In this document: positions 6,300 to 17,400 of the stretch, in pieces
Layout: each line of letters starts with the position of its first letter
Numbering within the stretch: position 1 is the first letter of the stretch
Assembly (NCBI GenBank): GCA_022562795.1
Contig: JADFOP010000017.1
Span: forward strand, 1-36,034
DNA from: Nitrospinota bacterium
GTDB lineage: Bacteria; JADFOP01
Direction of reading: 5' to 3'
Length of the DNA: 36,034 bases
The notes under the pieces: generated by a model
Told to the model about the DNA's origin: nothing
Database searches by the model: none
What the model saw: only the letters and a program-made list of their open reading frames with translations
Translations under genes and position numbers: made by a program

Positions 6300-8045
6300 G
6301 TGACGGAGCCGATGGGGTACTTTACCTTCGTTTTGCACGCCCACCTCCCTTATGTCGTCGGCCACGGCCGTTGGCCTCACGGGATGGACTGGCTCAATGA
6401 GGCCGCGGCCGAGACCTACATACCATTGCTCAACGTCCTCTACTCCCTCGTGGATGAGGGCATCTCACCCGGGGTAACCATGGGCCTCACCCCGGTACTC
6501 TGTGAACAGCTTCGGGACGGGACCTTCATCGCCGAATTTCAGGAGTATCTGGTGATGAAGATGGAGGCGGCAGTTTCCGACGAGCGGCACTTCGCAAAGA
6601 TTGGCGATGCCCCCATGTTGCGCCAGGCGTCCATTTGGCGCGATACTTACCAGGGCCTGCTTAGAGACTTCACCGAGCGCTACGGCCTGGATATCGTCGG
6701 GGCCTTCTCCGCCCTCCAGGAGGCTGGCCATATTGAGATCATTACGAGTGGGGCCACCCACGGCTACCTTCCGCTCCTAAGCCAGGACCGCTCAATCCAG
6801 GCCCAGGTTCGCCAGGGCATTCGGAGCCATGAGCGCCACTTCGGCCGACCGCCCCGGGGGATGTGGTTGCCCGAGTGCGCCTACCGGCCTGGGTACCCCT
6901 GGAAACCGCCTATTGCCGGGTTCTCCGATGAGCCGTACCCACGAAAAGGGGTGGAGGAGTTCCTGTCGGAAAACGGCATTGACTATTTCATCATCGATTC
7001 CCACATGCTCAAGGGCGGCCGCCCCATTGGCGTCTACCTATCCCGCTTCGAGGCCCTAAAGCAGCTATGGGGCCAGTTTGAGAAGTCTTACCAGCCGCTG
7101 CCCGAGGACGTGACGAAGACGGCCTACGAACCCTTCCTCGTCTCATCCAGCCTGAAAAGCCAGAGGCCCGTGGCCGTATTCACTCGTGACCCGGAGACCG
7201 GCGTTCAGGTTTGGAGCGGGGAGGCGGGGTACCCGGGTGACGGCAGCTACCTCGATTTCCACAAGAAACGCTTCCCCGGTGGGCTTCGCTATTGGAAGGT
7301 CACGGGCCCCAAGACCGACATGGCCGACAAGGAGGTTTACGATAATGGGGCCGTCGAGGCGCGGATTAAGGAAAACGCCTCCCACTTCGTCGGGCTCGTT
7401 AAGGGTGTATTATCGAAGCACCGCTCCGAGGCTGGAAGCCCCGGCATCCTTACGGCCCCCTTCGATGCGGAGCTCCTCGGACATTGGTGGTTCGAGGGCC
7501 CCCGGTGGCTCTATTATGTCCTTAAGTGGTTGGCTGCCGACCCGGAGCTGGAGCTCACCACCTGCGGGAAATATCTCGAGAGGCGCCCGACGAAAACGGA
7601 AATCTCCATCCCCGAGGGTTCGTGGGGCGAGGGAGGCTTCCACTGGATTTGGCTCAACGAGTGGACCGAGTGGAGCTGGAGACACATCTACGCTGCCGAG
7701 GAGCGTATGATGAAGATTGCCGGGGATTATGCCGACAGGACCGAGGACTCGTACCTCCAGCGGATTCTCAAGCAGGCCGCCCGCGAGCTGCTTCTCCTCC
7801 AGGCCTCCGACTGGCAGTTTCTCATATCCACCTGGAGCGCCAGGGACTACGCTGAGCTTCGGCTCGCCTTGCATGCCGAGGACTTCAATCGTTTGGCCGC
7901 GATGGCTGAAAGCATGGGCAGTGGGAAGGGGCTTGGCGAAGGCGATGAGGCGTTTCTGGAAGCTTGTGAGGCGCGAGATAAGCTATTCCCTGACATTGAT
8001 CCTCAATGGTGGGCCCGCCTGGATTATCCGGCGGGGGAAGAGTAG
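6300..8045 (+). CDS. GH57 1,4-alpha-glucan branching enzyme (GH57 + DUF1957)
   Basis: HAHLPYV, ETYIPL, THGYLPL, WLPECAY, APFDAELLGHWW, ASDWQF conserved regions. Confidence 0.92.
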   Translation: MTEPMGYFTFVLHAHLPYVVGHGRWPHGMDWLNEAAAETYIPLLNVLYSLVDEGISPGVTMGLTPVLCEQLRDGTFIAEFQEYLVMKMEAAVSDERHFAKIGDAPMLRQASIWRDTYQGLLRDFTERYGLDIVGAFSALQEAGHIEIITSGATHGYLPLLSQDRSIQAQVRQGIRSHERHFGRPPRGMWLPECAYRPGYPWKPPIAGFSDEPYPRKGVEEFLSENGIDYFIIDSHMLKGGRPIGVYLSRFEALKQLWGQFEKSYQPLPEDVTKTAYEPFLVSSSLKSQRPVAVFTRDPETGVQVWSGEAGYPGDGSYLDFHKKRFPGGLRYWKVTGPKTDMADKEVYDNGAVEARIKENASHFVGLVKGVLSKHRSEAGSPGILTAPFDAELLGHWWFEGPRWLYYVLKWLAADPELELTTCGKYLERRPTKTEISIPEGSWGEGGFHWIWLNEWTEWSWRHIYAAEERMMKIAGDYADRTEDSYLQRILKQAARELLLLQASDWQFLISTWSARDYAELRLALHAEDFNRLAAMAESMGSGKGLGEGDEAFLEACEARDKLFPDIDPQWWARLDYPAGEE

Positions 8046-8054
8046 GGTGGCGAC

Positions 8055-8116
8055 TTTTTCCACAACATATTGTGGAAAAACACGGAAATCCGTGGAAAAA
8101 ACGCAATATATAGCAG
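8055..8116. promoter_or_regulatory. Tandem NrdR-box-like sites overlapping inverted DnaA-box-like 9-mers
   Basis: CCACAACATATTGTGG (8060-8075) and ACGCAATATATAGCAG (8101-8116); TTTTCCACA (8056-8064) and TGTGGAAAA (8071-8079). Confidence 0.6.
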
Positions 8117-8122
8117 TTTCCC

Positions 8123-8151
8123 TTGACAAAGAAGGCGTCCCCGATTATATT
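8123..8151 (+). promoter_or_regulatory. sigma70 promoter of mutL
   Basis: TTGACA-N17-TATATT. Confidence 0.7.
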
Positions 8152-8197
8152 GTTGAACATTCGGCGCACTCGAAGCAACCTTTCGTGTAGACGTCTT

Positions 8198-9985
8198 ATG
8201 GCCACCGCAACGTCAGGTCGCCGCATCCACATTCTCCCACATTCCCTGGCCAATCAAATCGCCGCCGGGGAGGTGGTGGAGCGGCCGTTCTCTGTGGTCA
8301 AAGAGCTCGTCGAGAACGCCCTCGACGCCGGCGCCACCTCTGTCGAGGTGACAGTCGAGGGGGGAGGGGTCCGCCTTATCCGCGTGGCCGACGACGGCTG
8401 CGGCATGGGCCCAGAAGATGCGCAAGTCGCCTTCGAACGCCATGCCACGAGCAAAATCTCATCGGTCGATGACTTGGAACGGGTAGCCAGCCTGGGCTTC
8501 CGAGGAGAAGCGCTTCCCTCCATCGCCTCTGTTTCCCGATGCACCCTGACGACGGCGCTGCCCGAAGATGTGGGTGGAACTCGGGTGGAGGTTGAGGGGG
8601 GACGGCTTATAGAGTCCAAGCCGATGGGGTGTCCACCGGGCACCGTCGTTGAGGTCCGCGACCTCTTCTTCAACACCCCCGCCAGGCGCAAGTTCCTGCG
8701 CGCGCCGGCTACGGAGCTGGCCCAGATAGCCCAGACGGTGACCGCTCTGGCCCTGGCCCACGAGGGGGTGGCATTTAAGCTGGTCAGCGCCGGGCGCTCC
8801 GTGATGGCTATCCCGGCGGTCGAGACCCTGGCCGAGCGGATCGCGAGCCTCTTCGGCAGGCAAATGGCCGAGGCCCTCCTCCCTGTGGATGGAGAGGGGG
8901 AATGGCTTAGTTTGCGCGGCATGGCATCACCTCCCACCATCACCCGCTCCAGCCGCGACCACCAGCACCTCGTTCTCAACGGGCGTCCTTTCCGAGATCG
9001 CCGGCTCGCCTTTGCAATCTCTAAAGCGTACGAGGGGCTCCTGCCGCCGGGCCGTCATCCGGTGGCCGTCATCAGGCTGGCGGTTGACTCTGACATGGTG
9101 GACGTCAATGTACACCCGACCAAACAGGAGGTGCGTTTCCAGAAGCCGGGGGAGGTCTTCGACCTCCTTCGCGGCTCGCTGAAGGCGTCCCTGGAGGGAG
9201 TGCGGCCCGTGCCCGCCCCGGCTCCTCCTCCGCGTCCTCTAGCATCGGAGTCCGAGAGGCGCCAGAGGGTTGGGCAAGCAATCGAGAGCTTCTTGGCCCG
9301 GTCTCGCCCGTCCGGAGAGGCCCTCCATCCTGAGCGCCCAGGCCTCGGGGCGCTTCGGCAGCCGACCCTCTCTATCGCTCGGCCCCAGGAGGAGCTTCCT
9401 TCGGTCCTCGACGGAGGCCGCTACGTGGGTCAGCTGTACAAGACCTACCTCTGCTTCGAGACGGAGGCCGGGCTGCTCCTTGTAGACCAGCACGCGGCCC
9501 ACGAGCGGGTTTTGTACGAGCAGTTCGCCTCCCAGAGTACCGATGATCGTGTGGCGACCCAGGAGCTCTTGGTGCCCCTGTCCCTGGAGGTTTCTCCTGC
9601 CGAGGCGGCGGTCCTGGAGGACCGGGCGGAGATTTTAGGCGAGATGGGCCTTGGGGTGGAGCCCTTCGGGGGCCAAACGGTGCTGGTCAAGCGGGTGCCC
9701 GCCCTGTGGGGCGAAGACTCCGTGGAGGAAAAGGTCCGCTCCCTTTTTGAAGCCCTCATCGCCCTAGACGGCGCTACCCCCGAGGAAGAGGCCAGGGAAA
9801 AGGTTCTCATCGCCACGGCCTGCCAGGCGGCGCTCAAGTCTCGCCGCACGATGGGCGAGGCCGAGGCCCGCTCGCTGGTTGAAGCCTTGGCCGACTGCCG
9901 CTCCCCGCTGGTCTGCCCCCACGGCCGGCCGGTCGTCCTTGTAATGGAAAGAGCTGAAATGGAGCGGCGCTTTCAGGTAAAATAG
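8198..9985 (+). CDS. mutL: DNA mismatch repair endonuclease MutL
   Basis: IAAGEVVERP, GFRGEAL, DVNVHPTK, endonuclease motifs DQHAAHER and CPHGRP; start moved to the ATG at 8198, downstream of the promoter. Confidence 0.97.
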   Translation: MATATSGRRIHILPHSLANQIAAGEVVERPFSVVKELVENALDAGATSVEVTVEGGGVRLIRVADDGCGMGPEDAQVAFERHATSKISSVDDLERVASLGFRGEALPSIASVSRCTLTTALPEDVGGTRVEVEGGRLIESKPMGCPPGTVVEVRDLFFNTPARRKFLRAPATELAQIAQTVTALALAHEGVAFKLVSAGRSVMAIPAVETLAERIASLFGRQMAEALLPVDGEGEWLSLRGMASPPTITRSSRDHQHLVLNGRPFRDRRLAFAISKAYEGLLPPGRHPVAVIRLAVDSDMVDVNVHPTKQEVRFQKPGEVFDLLRGSLKASLEGVRPVPAPAPPPRPLASESERRQRVGQAIESFLARSRPSGEALHPERPGLGALRQPTLSIARPQEELPSVLDGGRYVGQLYKTYLCFETEAGLLLVDQHAAHERVLYEQFASQSTDDRVATQELLVPLSLEVSPAEAAVLEDRAEILGEMGLGVEPFGGQTVLVKRVPALWGEDSVEEKVRSLFEALIALDGATPEEEAREKVLIATACQAALKSRRTMGEAEARSLVEALADCRSPLVCPHGRPVVLVMERAEMERRFQVK

Positions 9986-10107
9986 GGCGGCTGCGTAGTT
10001 GGGAGCATCTGAAAATCTAAAGACTGAGGCGGGGTGGGACGGCGCCTCGCCGGTTGTGGTGGCAACGCAGGAATAGCTATCATTCCTTGGAAGAGGAGTA
10101 TTCACCA

Positions 10108-11574
10108 ATGTTAAACCCCGAGGAGCTTACCGAAGGGCTCACCTTCGACGATCTGTTGCTCGTTCCGGCCCACTCGAAGGTTTTGCCCGGCGATTGTGAC
10201 ACCTCCACCCAGCTGACCCGCTCGATTCGGCTCAACATCCCCCTTGTGAGCGCTCCGATGGATACGGTGACGATGGCGCGCCTGGCGATCGCACTGGCCC
10301 AGGAGGGCGGCATCGGCATCATCCACCGGAACCTCTCGCCGGAGGCGCAGGCAGGCGAGGTGGATAAGGTCAAACGCTCCGAGAGCGGCATGATCGTAGA
10401 CCCCATCACGATGCGGCCCGACCAACTGGTCTCCGAGGCCCTCGAGCTAATGGCCCGCTACCGCATCAGCGGTGTGCCCATCACAGAGGGCCCCCGGCTT
10501 GTCGGCATCCTCACCAACCGGGACCTTCGCTTTGAGACCGAGATGACCAAGAAGGTCAGTGAGGTCATGACCAAGGAGGACCTCATAACGGCGCCCGAGG
10601 GCACGACCCTCGATGATGCCATTCGCCTGCTTCACGAGCACCGGATTGAAAAGCTCCTCGTCGTGGACGACGACTTCAACCTCAAGGGATTGATCACCAT
10701 CAAGGATATCGAGAAGCGCCGCAAGTACCCCCTCGCCTGCAAAGACTCTCTGGGGCGGCTCATGGTCGGAGCCGCCGTTGGGGTCGGCCCGGAGATGGAA
10801 TACCGTCTCAAGGGCCTTGTCAAGGCCGAGGTGGACGTGGTGGTGGTGGATACCGCCCACGGCCACTCCGAGCGAGTCCTGGAGGCGGTGGAGACCATCA
10901 AGGGCTGGTACCCCGACCTTCAGGTGGTGGGCGGCAACGTGGCGACGGCCGAGGGGGCCGAGGGCCTAATCCAAGCCGGGGCCGACGCCGTCAAGGTGGG
11001 CATCGGACCAGGCTCCATCTGCACCACCCGCATGATAGCCGGCGTGGGGGTGCCCCAGATGACAGCCATCATGGATGCGGCACAGGCCGCCGAGCGCCAC
11101 GGGGTGCCTATCATCGCCGACGGAGGCATCAAATTCTCCGGGGACGTAACCAAGGCAATGGCCGCAGGGGCCTATTCGGTAATGATCGGGAGCCTCTTCG
11201 CCGGAACCGAAGAGAGCCCCGGCGAGATGGTTCTCTATCAGGGCCGCTCCTACAAGGTCTACCGGGGGATGGGCTCCATCGGGGCGATGGATGAGGGCGC
11301 CAGGGACCGCTACGCCCAGGAGGAAACTTTCGAGGCCTCGAAGCTCGTGCCCGAAGGCGTGGAAGGCCGCGTCCCCTTCAAGGGCTCCGTGGCCGATAAC
11401 GTCCGCCAGCTCGTCGGTGGCCTCCAGGCCGGAATGGGCTACTGCGGGTGCCAAACCGTCGAGGAGCTAAGGCAGAACGCCCGCTTTATGCGGATAACCC
11501 AAGCGGGGCTCCGCGAAAGCCACGTCCACGACGTCATCATCACCAAGGAAGCGCCCAACTACCAACGCGAGTAG
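10108..11574 (+). CDS. guaB: IMP dehydrogenase with CBS pair
   Basis: [41 protein letters not shown]. Confidence 0.98.
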   Translation: MLNPEELTEGLTFDDLLLVPAHSKVLPGDCDTSTQLTRSIRLNIPLVSAPMDTVTMARLAIALAQEGGIGIIHRNLSPEAQAGEVDKVKRSESGMIVDPITMRPDQLVSEALELMARYRISGVPITEGPRLVGILTNRDLRFETEMTKKVSEVMTKEDLITAPEGTTLDDAIRLLHEHRIEKLLVVDDDFNLKGLITIKDIEKRRKYPLACKDSLGRLMVGAAVGVGPEMEYRLKGLVKAEVDVVVVDTAHGHSERVLEAVETIKGWYPDLQVVGGNVATAEGAEGLIQAGADAVKVGIGPGSICTTRMIAGVGVPQMTAIMDAAQAAERHGVPIIADGGIKFSGDVTKAMAAGAYSVMIGSLFAGTEESPGEMVLYQGRSYKVYRGMGSIGAMDEGARDRYAQEETFEASKLVPEGVEGRVPFKGSVADNVRQLVGGLQAGMGYCGCQTVEELRQNARFMRITQAGLRESHVHDVIITKEAPNYQRE

Positions 11575-11577
11575 GAC

Positions 11578-13179
11578 ATGGACGACTCCGCCTGCTACCG
11601 AGACCGAATCCTTATACTTGATTTCGGCTCGCAGTACACCCAGCTTATCTCGCGGCGGGTCCGCGAAGCCGAGGTCTACTGCGAGATAGTCCCCTACGAC
11701 TGGCCGCTCGAAGAGATTCAGGCGTGGGCCCCTCAAGGGCTCATCCTCTCGGGAGGGCCGGCAAGCGTCACTGACCCAGCATCACCCAGCCGGGGGGCTG
11801 AGATTTTCGACCTGGGAGTTCCCGTCCTCGGCGTCTGCTACGGGATGCAGCTTATGGCCAAGGAGCTGGGGGGCGAGGTCGAGGCCGCTGGCGAGAGGGA
11901 GTACGGCCGGGCCCACCTTGCCGTGGACGACGAAAGCGACCTCTTCGCCAATCTTCCTCCCGACGCGTTTGTGGCCGACGAGGCCCTCGATCCAAGCGGG
12001 GCTCGGCCCATCGTACCTGTCTGGATGAGCCACGGAGACCGGGTCGCCCGCCTGCCGGAGGGTTTCGAGGTCATCGGCCACACGTCGGGTTGCCCCGTGG
12101 CGGCTATGCGTCATCGGGCCAAACGGCTCTACGGCATCCAATTCCACCCGGAGGTGGTCCACACGCTCGGGGGGGCCGAGATGCTGAAGAACTTCCTCTA
12201 CGGCGTCTGCGGCTCTAAGCCCTCCTGGACCGTGAGCTCCTTCGTCGAGGCGGCCACCGAGGCCATCCGCGGGAAGGTGGGTGGCGAGCGTGTGCTCTGC
12301 GCCCTGTCCGGCGGGGTCGATAGCTCGGTAACCGCCGCCCTCCTCCACCGCGCCGTGGGGGATAAGCTGACTTGCGTCTTCGTCGATAACGGCCTGCTTC
12401 GAAAGGGCGAGGCCGACGAGGTCATGGAGGTTTTCTCCGACCACTTCAACATGGACGTCCGCCTGGTGAAAGCCGCCGGGCGATTTTTAAGCCAGCTCAA
12501 GGGGGTTGAGGATCCGGAGGAGAAGCGCCGCCGGATTGGCGCTGAGTTCATCGCCGTCTTCGAGGAAGAGGCCAGGAAGCTCGGCGGCTTCGCCTTCCTC
12601 GCCCAGGGGACCCTCTACCCGGACGTCATCGAGTCGACCTCCACCCGGGGCCCCTCGGAGACGATTAAGACCCACCACAACGTCGGAGGGCTGCCCGAGG
12701 AGATGGAGTTCGAGCTCGTCGAGCCCCTGCGGGAGCTCTTCAAGGACGAGGCGCGGGCCGTCGGAAGCGAGCTGGGTATCCCCGAGGTCATCGTGGGCCG
12801 CCACCCGTTTCCGGGCCCGGGCCTGGCCGTCCGCATCCTCGGCGAGGTGACCGAAGAGCGGTGCGACCTGCTTAGGGAGGCCGACGCCATCTTCATCGAG
12901 GAGCTACGCCGTAGCGACCTCTACGATAGCTGCTGGCAGGCATTCTGCGTTCTGTTGCCGGTCAAGAGCGTCGGGGTGATGGGCGACGAGCGGACCTACG
13001 AGCACGTCGTCGCCGTCAGGGCTGTGACCAGCGTGGATGGGATGACGGCCGACTGGGCTCATCTCCCCCCCGAAGTCTTGGGACGTATATCCAACCGGAT
13101 CATCAACGAGGTCAAGGGCGTCAACCGCGTCGTCTACGACATCTCCTCCAAACCCCCCGCGACGATTGAGTGGGAGTAG
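11578..13179 (+). CDS. guaA: GMP synthase (glutamine-hydrolysing)
   Basis: [39 protein letters not shown]. Confidence 0.98.
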   Translation: MDDSACYRDRILILDFGSQYTQLISRRVREAEVYCEIVPYDWPLEEIQAWAPQGLILSGGPASVTDPASPSRGAEIFDLGVPVLGVCYGMQLMAKELGGEVEAAGEREYGRAHLAVDDESDLFANLPPDAFVADEALDPSGARPIVPVWMSHGDRVARLPEGFEVIGHTSGCPVAAMRHRAKRLYGIQFHPEVVHTLGGAEMLKNFLYGVCGSKPSWTVSSFVEAATEAIRGKVGGERVLCALSGGVDSSVTAALLHRAVGDKLTCVFVDNGLLRKGEADEVMEVFSDHFNMDVRLVKAAGRFLSQLKGVEDPEEKRRRIGAEFIAVFEEEARKLGGFAFLAQGTLYPDVIESTSTRGPSETIKTHHNVGGLPEEMEFELVEPLRELFKDEARAVGSELGIPEVIVGRHPFPGPGLAVRILGEVTEERCDLLREADAIFIEELRRSDLYDSCWQAFCVLLPVKSVGVMGDERTYEHVVAVRAVTSVDGMTADWAHLPPEVLGRISNRIINEVKGVNRVVYDISSKPPATIEWE

Positions 13180-13198
13180 GGGAGGCACATTAGGAAGC

Positions 13199-14404
13199 AT
13201 GCCTCTTTTACAGAAACCGGTAAGTGAAATTGGAGAAGCTGAACTTCAAGGGCTTTGTGATGCACAGGTTCCTGAAGGACCTACATTAGAGTTCAAGGGA
13301 ACATCATACTCACGTTCCGACCGTGACACACGTGAGATGATACGTGACATATCTTCGTTTGCAAATGCATCCGGTGGACACATCGTAATTGGAATATCTG
13401 ATAAAGATGCTAAAGCGGACGAGCTTGTCGGAATAGAGGACGCAGAGTCTGAATTGTCTCGTATAATATCTACTGCCTTGGCTTGTATTCAAGAGAGAAT
13501 ATTTGGGCTGGATTTTAATGTTGTTAGCTTAAGTTCTGGGCGTGAAGCAATTGTAATACGCATACCTCGGAGCGCAAGGCGACCACATATGGTTACTTTC
13601 AAGGGAGAGAATCGATTTTGGAAACGCCACGGAAACCAAAAGTCTCGGATGACCGTAGATGAAATCCGAGAACTTTTCAATCAAACTTCTGGCATTCAAG
13701 AAAACATTGAAAAGTTCTTAGAAGGGCGAAGGGGGATTCGTTCATTTGGCGATATTCCGCCCGATGGATTTCAATTATCATCCACTCCATTAAGTTTAAG
13801 CCCAGGGCTAGTTAACCCTCTTTCAAGCCAGATTAAGCAGCTCTTCACGAACCCTCCCTACGTGCAAGAAGGATATAATGTTACTTCAGTGGAGATGGTG
13901 AGACCATTCCTTCATGGTGCTTCTCAAGAAAGAGAAAACCAACAGCGACTTGAAGTATGGAGAAATGGCCATGTTGAACTCAGCGTTGCGGGTGATTATT
14001 TATTGTTGCGTAGTATTGACCTTGGTGATGAAAAGCAAGCTCAAGAAGAATCGTTATTACTTGATCCATATGCTGTATGTGGATTCATTCTAAGCTTTCT
14101 TCACTTCTCTAAGGCAGTATACGAACAAAGTTCAATTTATGAGACACTCGTAATAAGAGCTAATATGCCACAGGCCATAAAATGGGTTTTAAGAGAAGGG
14201 CATCCAAAATCTTATGCTTATCGACCCGGGCCAGGTACAATTGGTAAGTATAATCTTCGAGAAGGGCTATATGTGGAGCTTTTTCAGGTATCTCCCGCTT
14301 TCGTTCCTGGCAAGGTGGCAGCGGAGATATCTGATCGAATATGGAATGCCTTTGGCATAGAAACATGTCCAATGTTTGATGATAATGGTGAGTTAATAAG
14401 GTAA
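13199..14404 (+). CDS. Schlafen/AlbA_2-domain protein with uncharacterised C-terminal domain
   Basis: EGPTLEFK...ISSFANASGGHIVIGISD AlbA_2 signature; visibly AT-richer than the flanking genes. Confidence 0.85.
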   Translation: MPLLQKPVSEIGEAELQGLCDAQVPEGPTLEFKGTSYSRSDRDTREMIRDISSFANASGGHIVIGISDKDAKADELVGIEDAESELSRIISTALACIQERIFGLDFNVVSLSSGREAIVIRIPRSARRPHMVTFKGENRFWKRHGNQKSRMTVDEIRELFNQTSGIQENIEKFLEGRRGIRSFGDIPPDGFQLSSTPLSLSPGLVNPLSSQIKQLFTNPPYVQEGYNVTSVEMVRPFLHGASQERENQQRLEVWRNGHVELSVAGDYLLLRSIDLGDEKQAQEESLLLDPYAVCGFILSFLHFSKAVYEQSSIYETLVIRANMPQAIKWVLREGHPKSYAYRPGPGTIGKYNLREGLYVELFQVSPAFVPGKVAAEISDRIWNAFGIETCPMFDDNGELIR

Positions 14405-14432
14405 TAATAACTATTATTTTAAGGGATAATTA

Positions 14433-17400
14433 GTGCGCCACTCGGATTTCGTTCATCTCCATCTCCACACGCAGTATAGCCTGCTGGATGGGGCGATTCG
14501 GCTGGGGCCGCTCTTTGAGCGCCTAAACGAGCACCGGATGCCGGCCGTCGCCGTGACCGACCACGGAAACCTCTTCGGCGCCATCGAGTTCTACCGGAAG
14601 GCCCTCGATGCCGGCATCAAGCCCATCATCGGCTGCGAGGTCTACGTCGCCCCCGGCGACCGCCGTGAGCGCTCCCAGGCGTCCGGCGGAGAGACCAACT
14701 ATCACCTGACCCTGCTCGCCAAAAACCTCACTGGCTACAAGAACCTGGTCAAACTCGTCTCGGAAGGGTATCTGACCGGGTTTTACTACCGGCCACGCAT
14801 AGACAAGGAGCTCCTCAAAGAGCACTCGGAGGGGCTCGTCTGCCTTTCGGGGTGCATGAGCGGGGAGATCGCCACCAACTTCGTCCGCGGCCAGCCTGAT
14901 GTGGCCCGACGGGCGGCCCTATTTTACCGGGAGCTTTTCGGCGACCGCTTCTACATTGAGCTTCAAGACCACGGTATCGCCGCCCAGAGGGAGCTCAACG
15001 AGACCCTGCGCGGGCTCGCCCGCGAGCTCGGCTCGCAGGTCGTCGCCACCAACGACTGCCACTACCTGAGCGGCGACGACGCCCCGGCCCACGAGGTGCT
15101 GCTCTGTATCCAGACCGGCAAGACCATGAGTGACCCGGGACGGATGCGCTTCGCCACAGAGGAGTTCTACGTCAAGAGCGCCGAGGAGATGAAGGCGACT
15201 TTCGGGGCGCTTCCCGAGGCGGTAGAGAATACCCTGGCGGTGGCCGAGCGTTGCAACCTGGAGCTTAGGTTCGACCAGGTAAACCTTCCCCGCTACGCCG
15301 TCCCCGACGGCGAGAGCCTCGACGGCTACCTCGAAAAACTCGCAGCCGAGGGGCTCGAGCGGCGACTCGCCCACATCCGTGATAAGGAGGGCCGTCGGAC
15401 CGACGAGGCGGCCTACCACGCCCGTCTTGAGAAGGAGCTCGCCACCATCACCGGGATGGGCTACGAAAGCTACTTCCTCATCGTTTGGGACTTTATCGAC
15501 TACGCCAAGCGCCGGGGCATCCCCGTGGGGCCGGGACGCGGAAGCGCCGCAGGAAGCCTCGTCGCCTACGCCCTGGGAGTCACCGACCTCGATCCGCTCA
15601 GCTACGGGCTGCTCTTCGAGCGGTTCTTGAACCCCGAGCGCATAGGCATGCCCGACATCGACGTGGACTTCTGCGTGGAGCGCCGGGACGAGGTCATCGA
15701 ATACGTCGTCGGCAAGTACGGCCGCGACAACGTGGCCCAGATTATCACGTTCGGCTCCATGATGGCCAAGGCGGTTATCCGCGATGTGGGCCGGGCGTAC
15801 GATATGCCCTACGGCGATGTGGACCGGATCGCCAAGCTCGTCCCCGACCGGCTACAAATAACCCTCGCAGAGGCCCAGGCCGAGCAGCCGCGCCTGAAGG
15901 ACCTAAGGGAGCGCGACGAGCGGACCGATACGCTTCTCGGCACCGCCGAGCGGCTTGAAGGGCTCCTCCGCCACGCCTCGACGCACGCAGCAGGGGTCGT
16001 AATAAGCCCCTGGCCGCTGACCGAGATGGTCCCTCTTTATAAAGGGGCCAAGGGCGAGGTGACCACCCAATACGCCATGCACTACGTAGAAGCCCTGGGG
16101 CTTTTGAAGATGGACTTCCTGGGTCTCAGGACCCTCACCCTCATGGCAAACGCCCTGAGGCTTATCGAGGCCTCCCGAGGGCTCAAGCTCGCCCTGGCCG
16201 ATATCCCCCTGGATGACCCTGCCGCGTATCAATTGCTATCCGAGGCCCGCACTTTCGGCGTCTTCCAGCTTGAGAGCCGGGGCATTAGGGAGCTGCTTAG
16301 CAAGCTAAAGCCCACCGCGATAGATGATGTCATCGCCACAGTGGCCCTCTATCGTCCGGGGCCCCTGGGAAGCGGGATGGTTGACGACTTCATCCTCCGC
16401 AAGCACGGACAGGTTGATATAACCTACGAAGTCCCGGAGCTCGAAGAAGTGCTGCGCGAGACATACGGCGTCATCGTCTACCAGGAGCAGGTCATGGAAA
16501 TCGCGAGCCGCCTGGGGGGCTTTACGCTCGGGGAGGCCGACATCCTCAGGCGGGCCATGGGAAAGAAGCGTCCTGATGAGATGGCCCTTCAGAGGGAGCG
16601 ATTTCTCAAAGGGGCCGCCGAAAGGGGCATCGATCAGGCCAAAGCCGAGCGCATTTTCCAACGGATGGAGTATTTTGCGGGCTACGGGTTCAACAAGTCC
16701 CACAGCGCCGCCTACGGGCTCATCGCCTACCAGACCGCTTTTCTAAAGGCCAACTACCCGGTTGAGTTCATGGCGGCCCTGCTTACGAGCGAGGCCGAAA
16801 ACACCGACAAGGTCATGGTCTACATGGGCGAGTGCCGCGAGATGGAAATTACCGTCTCGCCCCCCGACGTCAACGAGAGCGACAAGCAATTCACCGTCGT
16901 TGGAGATACGATTCGATTTGGCCTTGCCGCGGTCAAGAACGTAGGCGGGTCGGCCGTGGACGCCATTTTGTCGGCTCGCGCCGAGGGTGGGGCATTTACG
17001 AGCCTGGCCGACTTCTGTCGCCGGGCGGATCTCAGGGCCGTCAACCGACGGGTGGCCGAGAGCCTCATCAAGTGCGGGGCATTCGATTCCCTGGGCCTGA
17101 GCCGACAACCCCTCCTTCAAGCTCTCGAGGCTACGATGGAGGCCGGCCAGCGCCTTCAACGCGACCAGGCGATAGGCCAGATGGGGATGTTCGCGCCTGA
17201 GGCGGGCGGCCTCGACGAACCCTCTCTGGAAGGGCCCGAGTGGAGCGACGCCGAGAGGCTCGCCAACGAGAAAGAGGCCCTCGGTTTCTACATCACTGGC
17301 CACCCCCTTGCCGCCTACACCAAGGCCATCCGCCGATTTGCGACGGCCACCACCGCCTCGGTTGCTGAGATGAGCCACGGCGAGGAGGTCGCCATTGGGG

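Noticed and set aside
9986-10107. Purine riboswitch before guaB
   Set aside because: Several small hairpins are possible, but the purine aptamer core (UAUAA...GAUAUGG...UUUCUACC) is absent.
11950-12020. Short insertion in the GuaA glutaminase domain as an intein or repeat
   Set aside because: Only about 15 extra residues in a variable loop before VWMSHGD; no intein motifs or palindrome.
13140-14432. Intact integrative element at guaA
   Set aside because: No integrase and no repeated guaA 3' end (attR) before dnaE.
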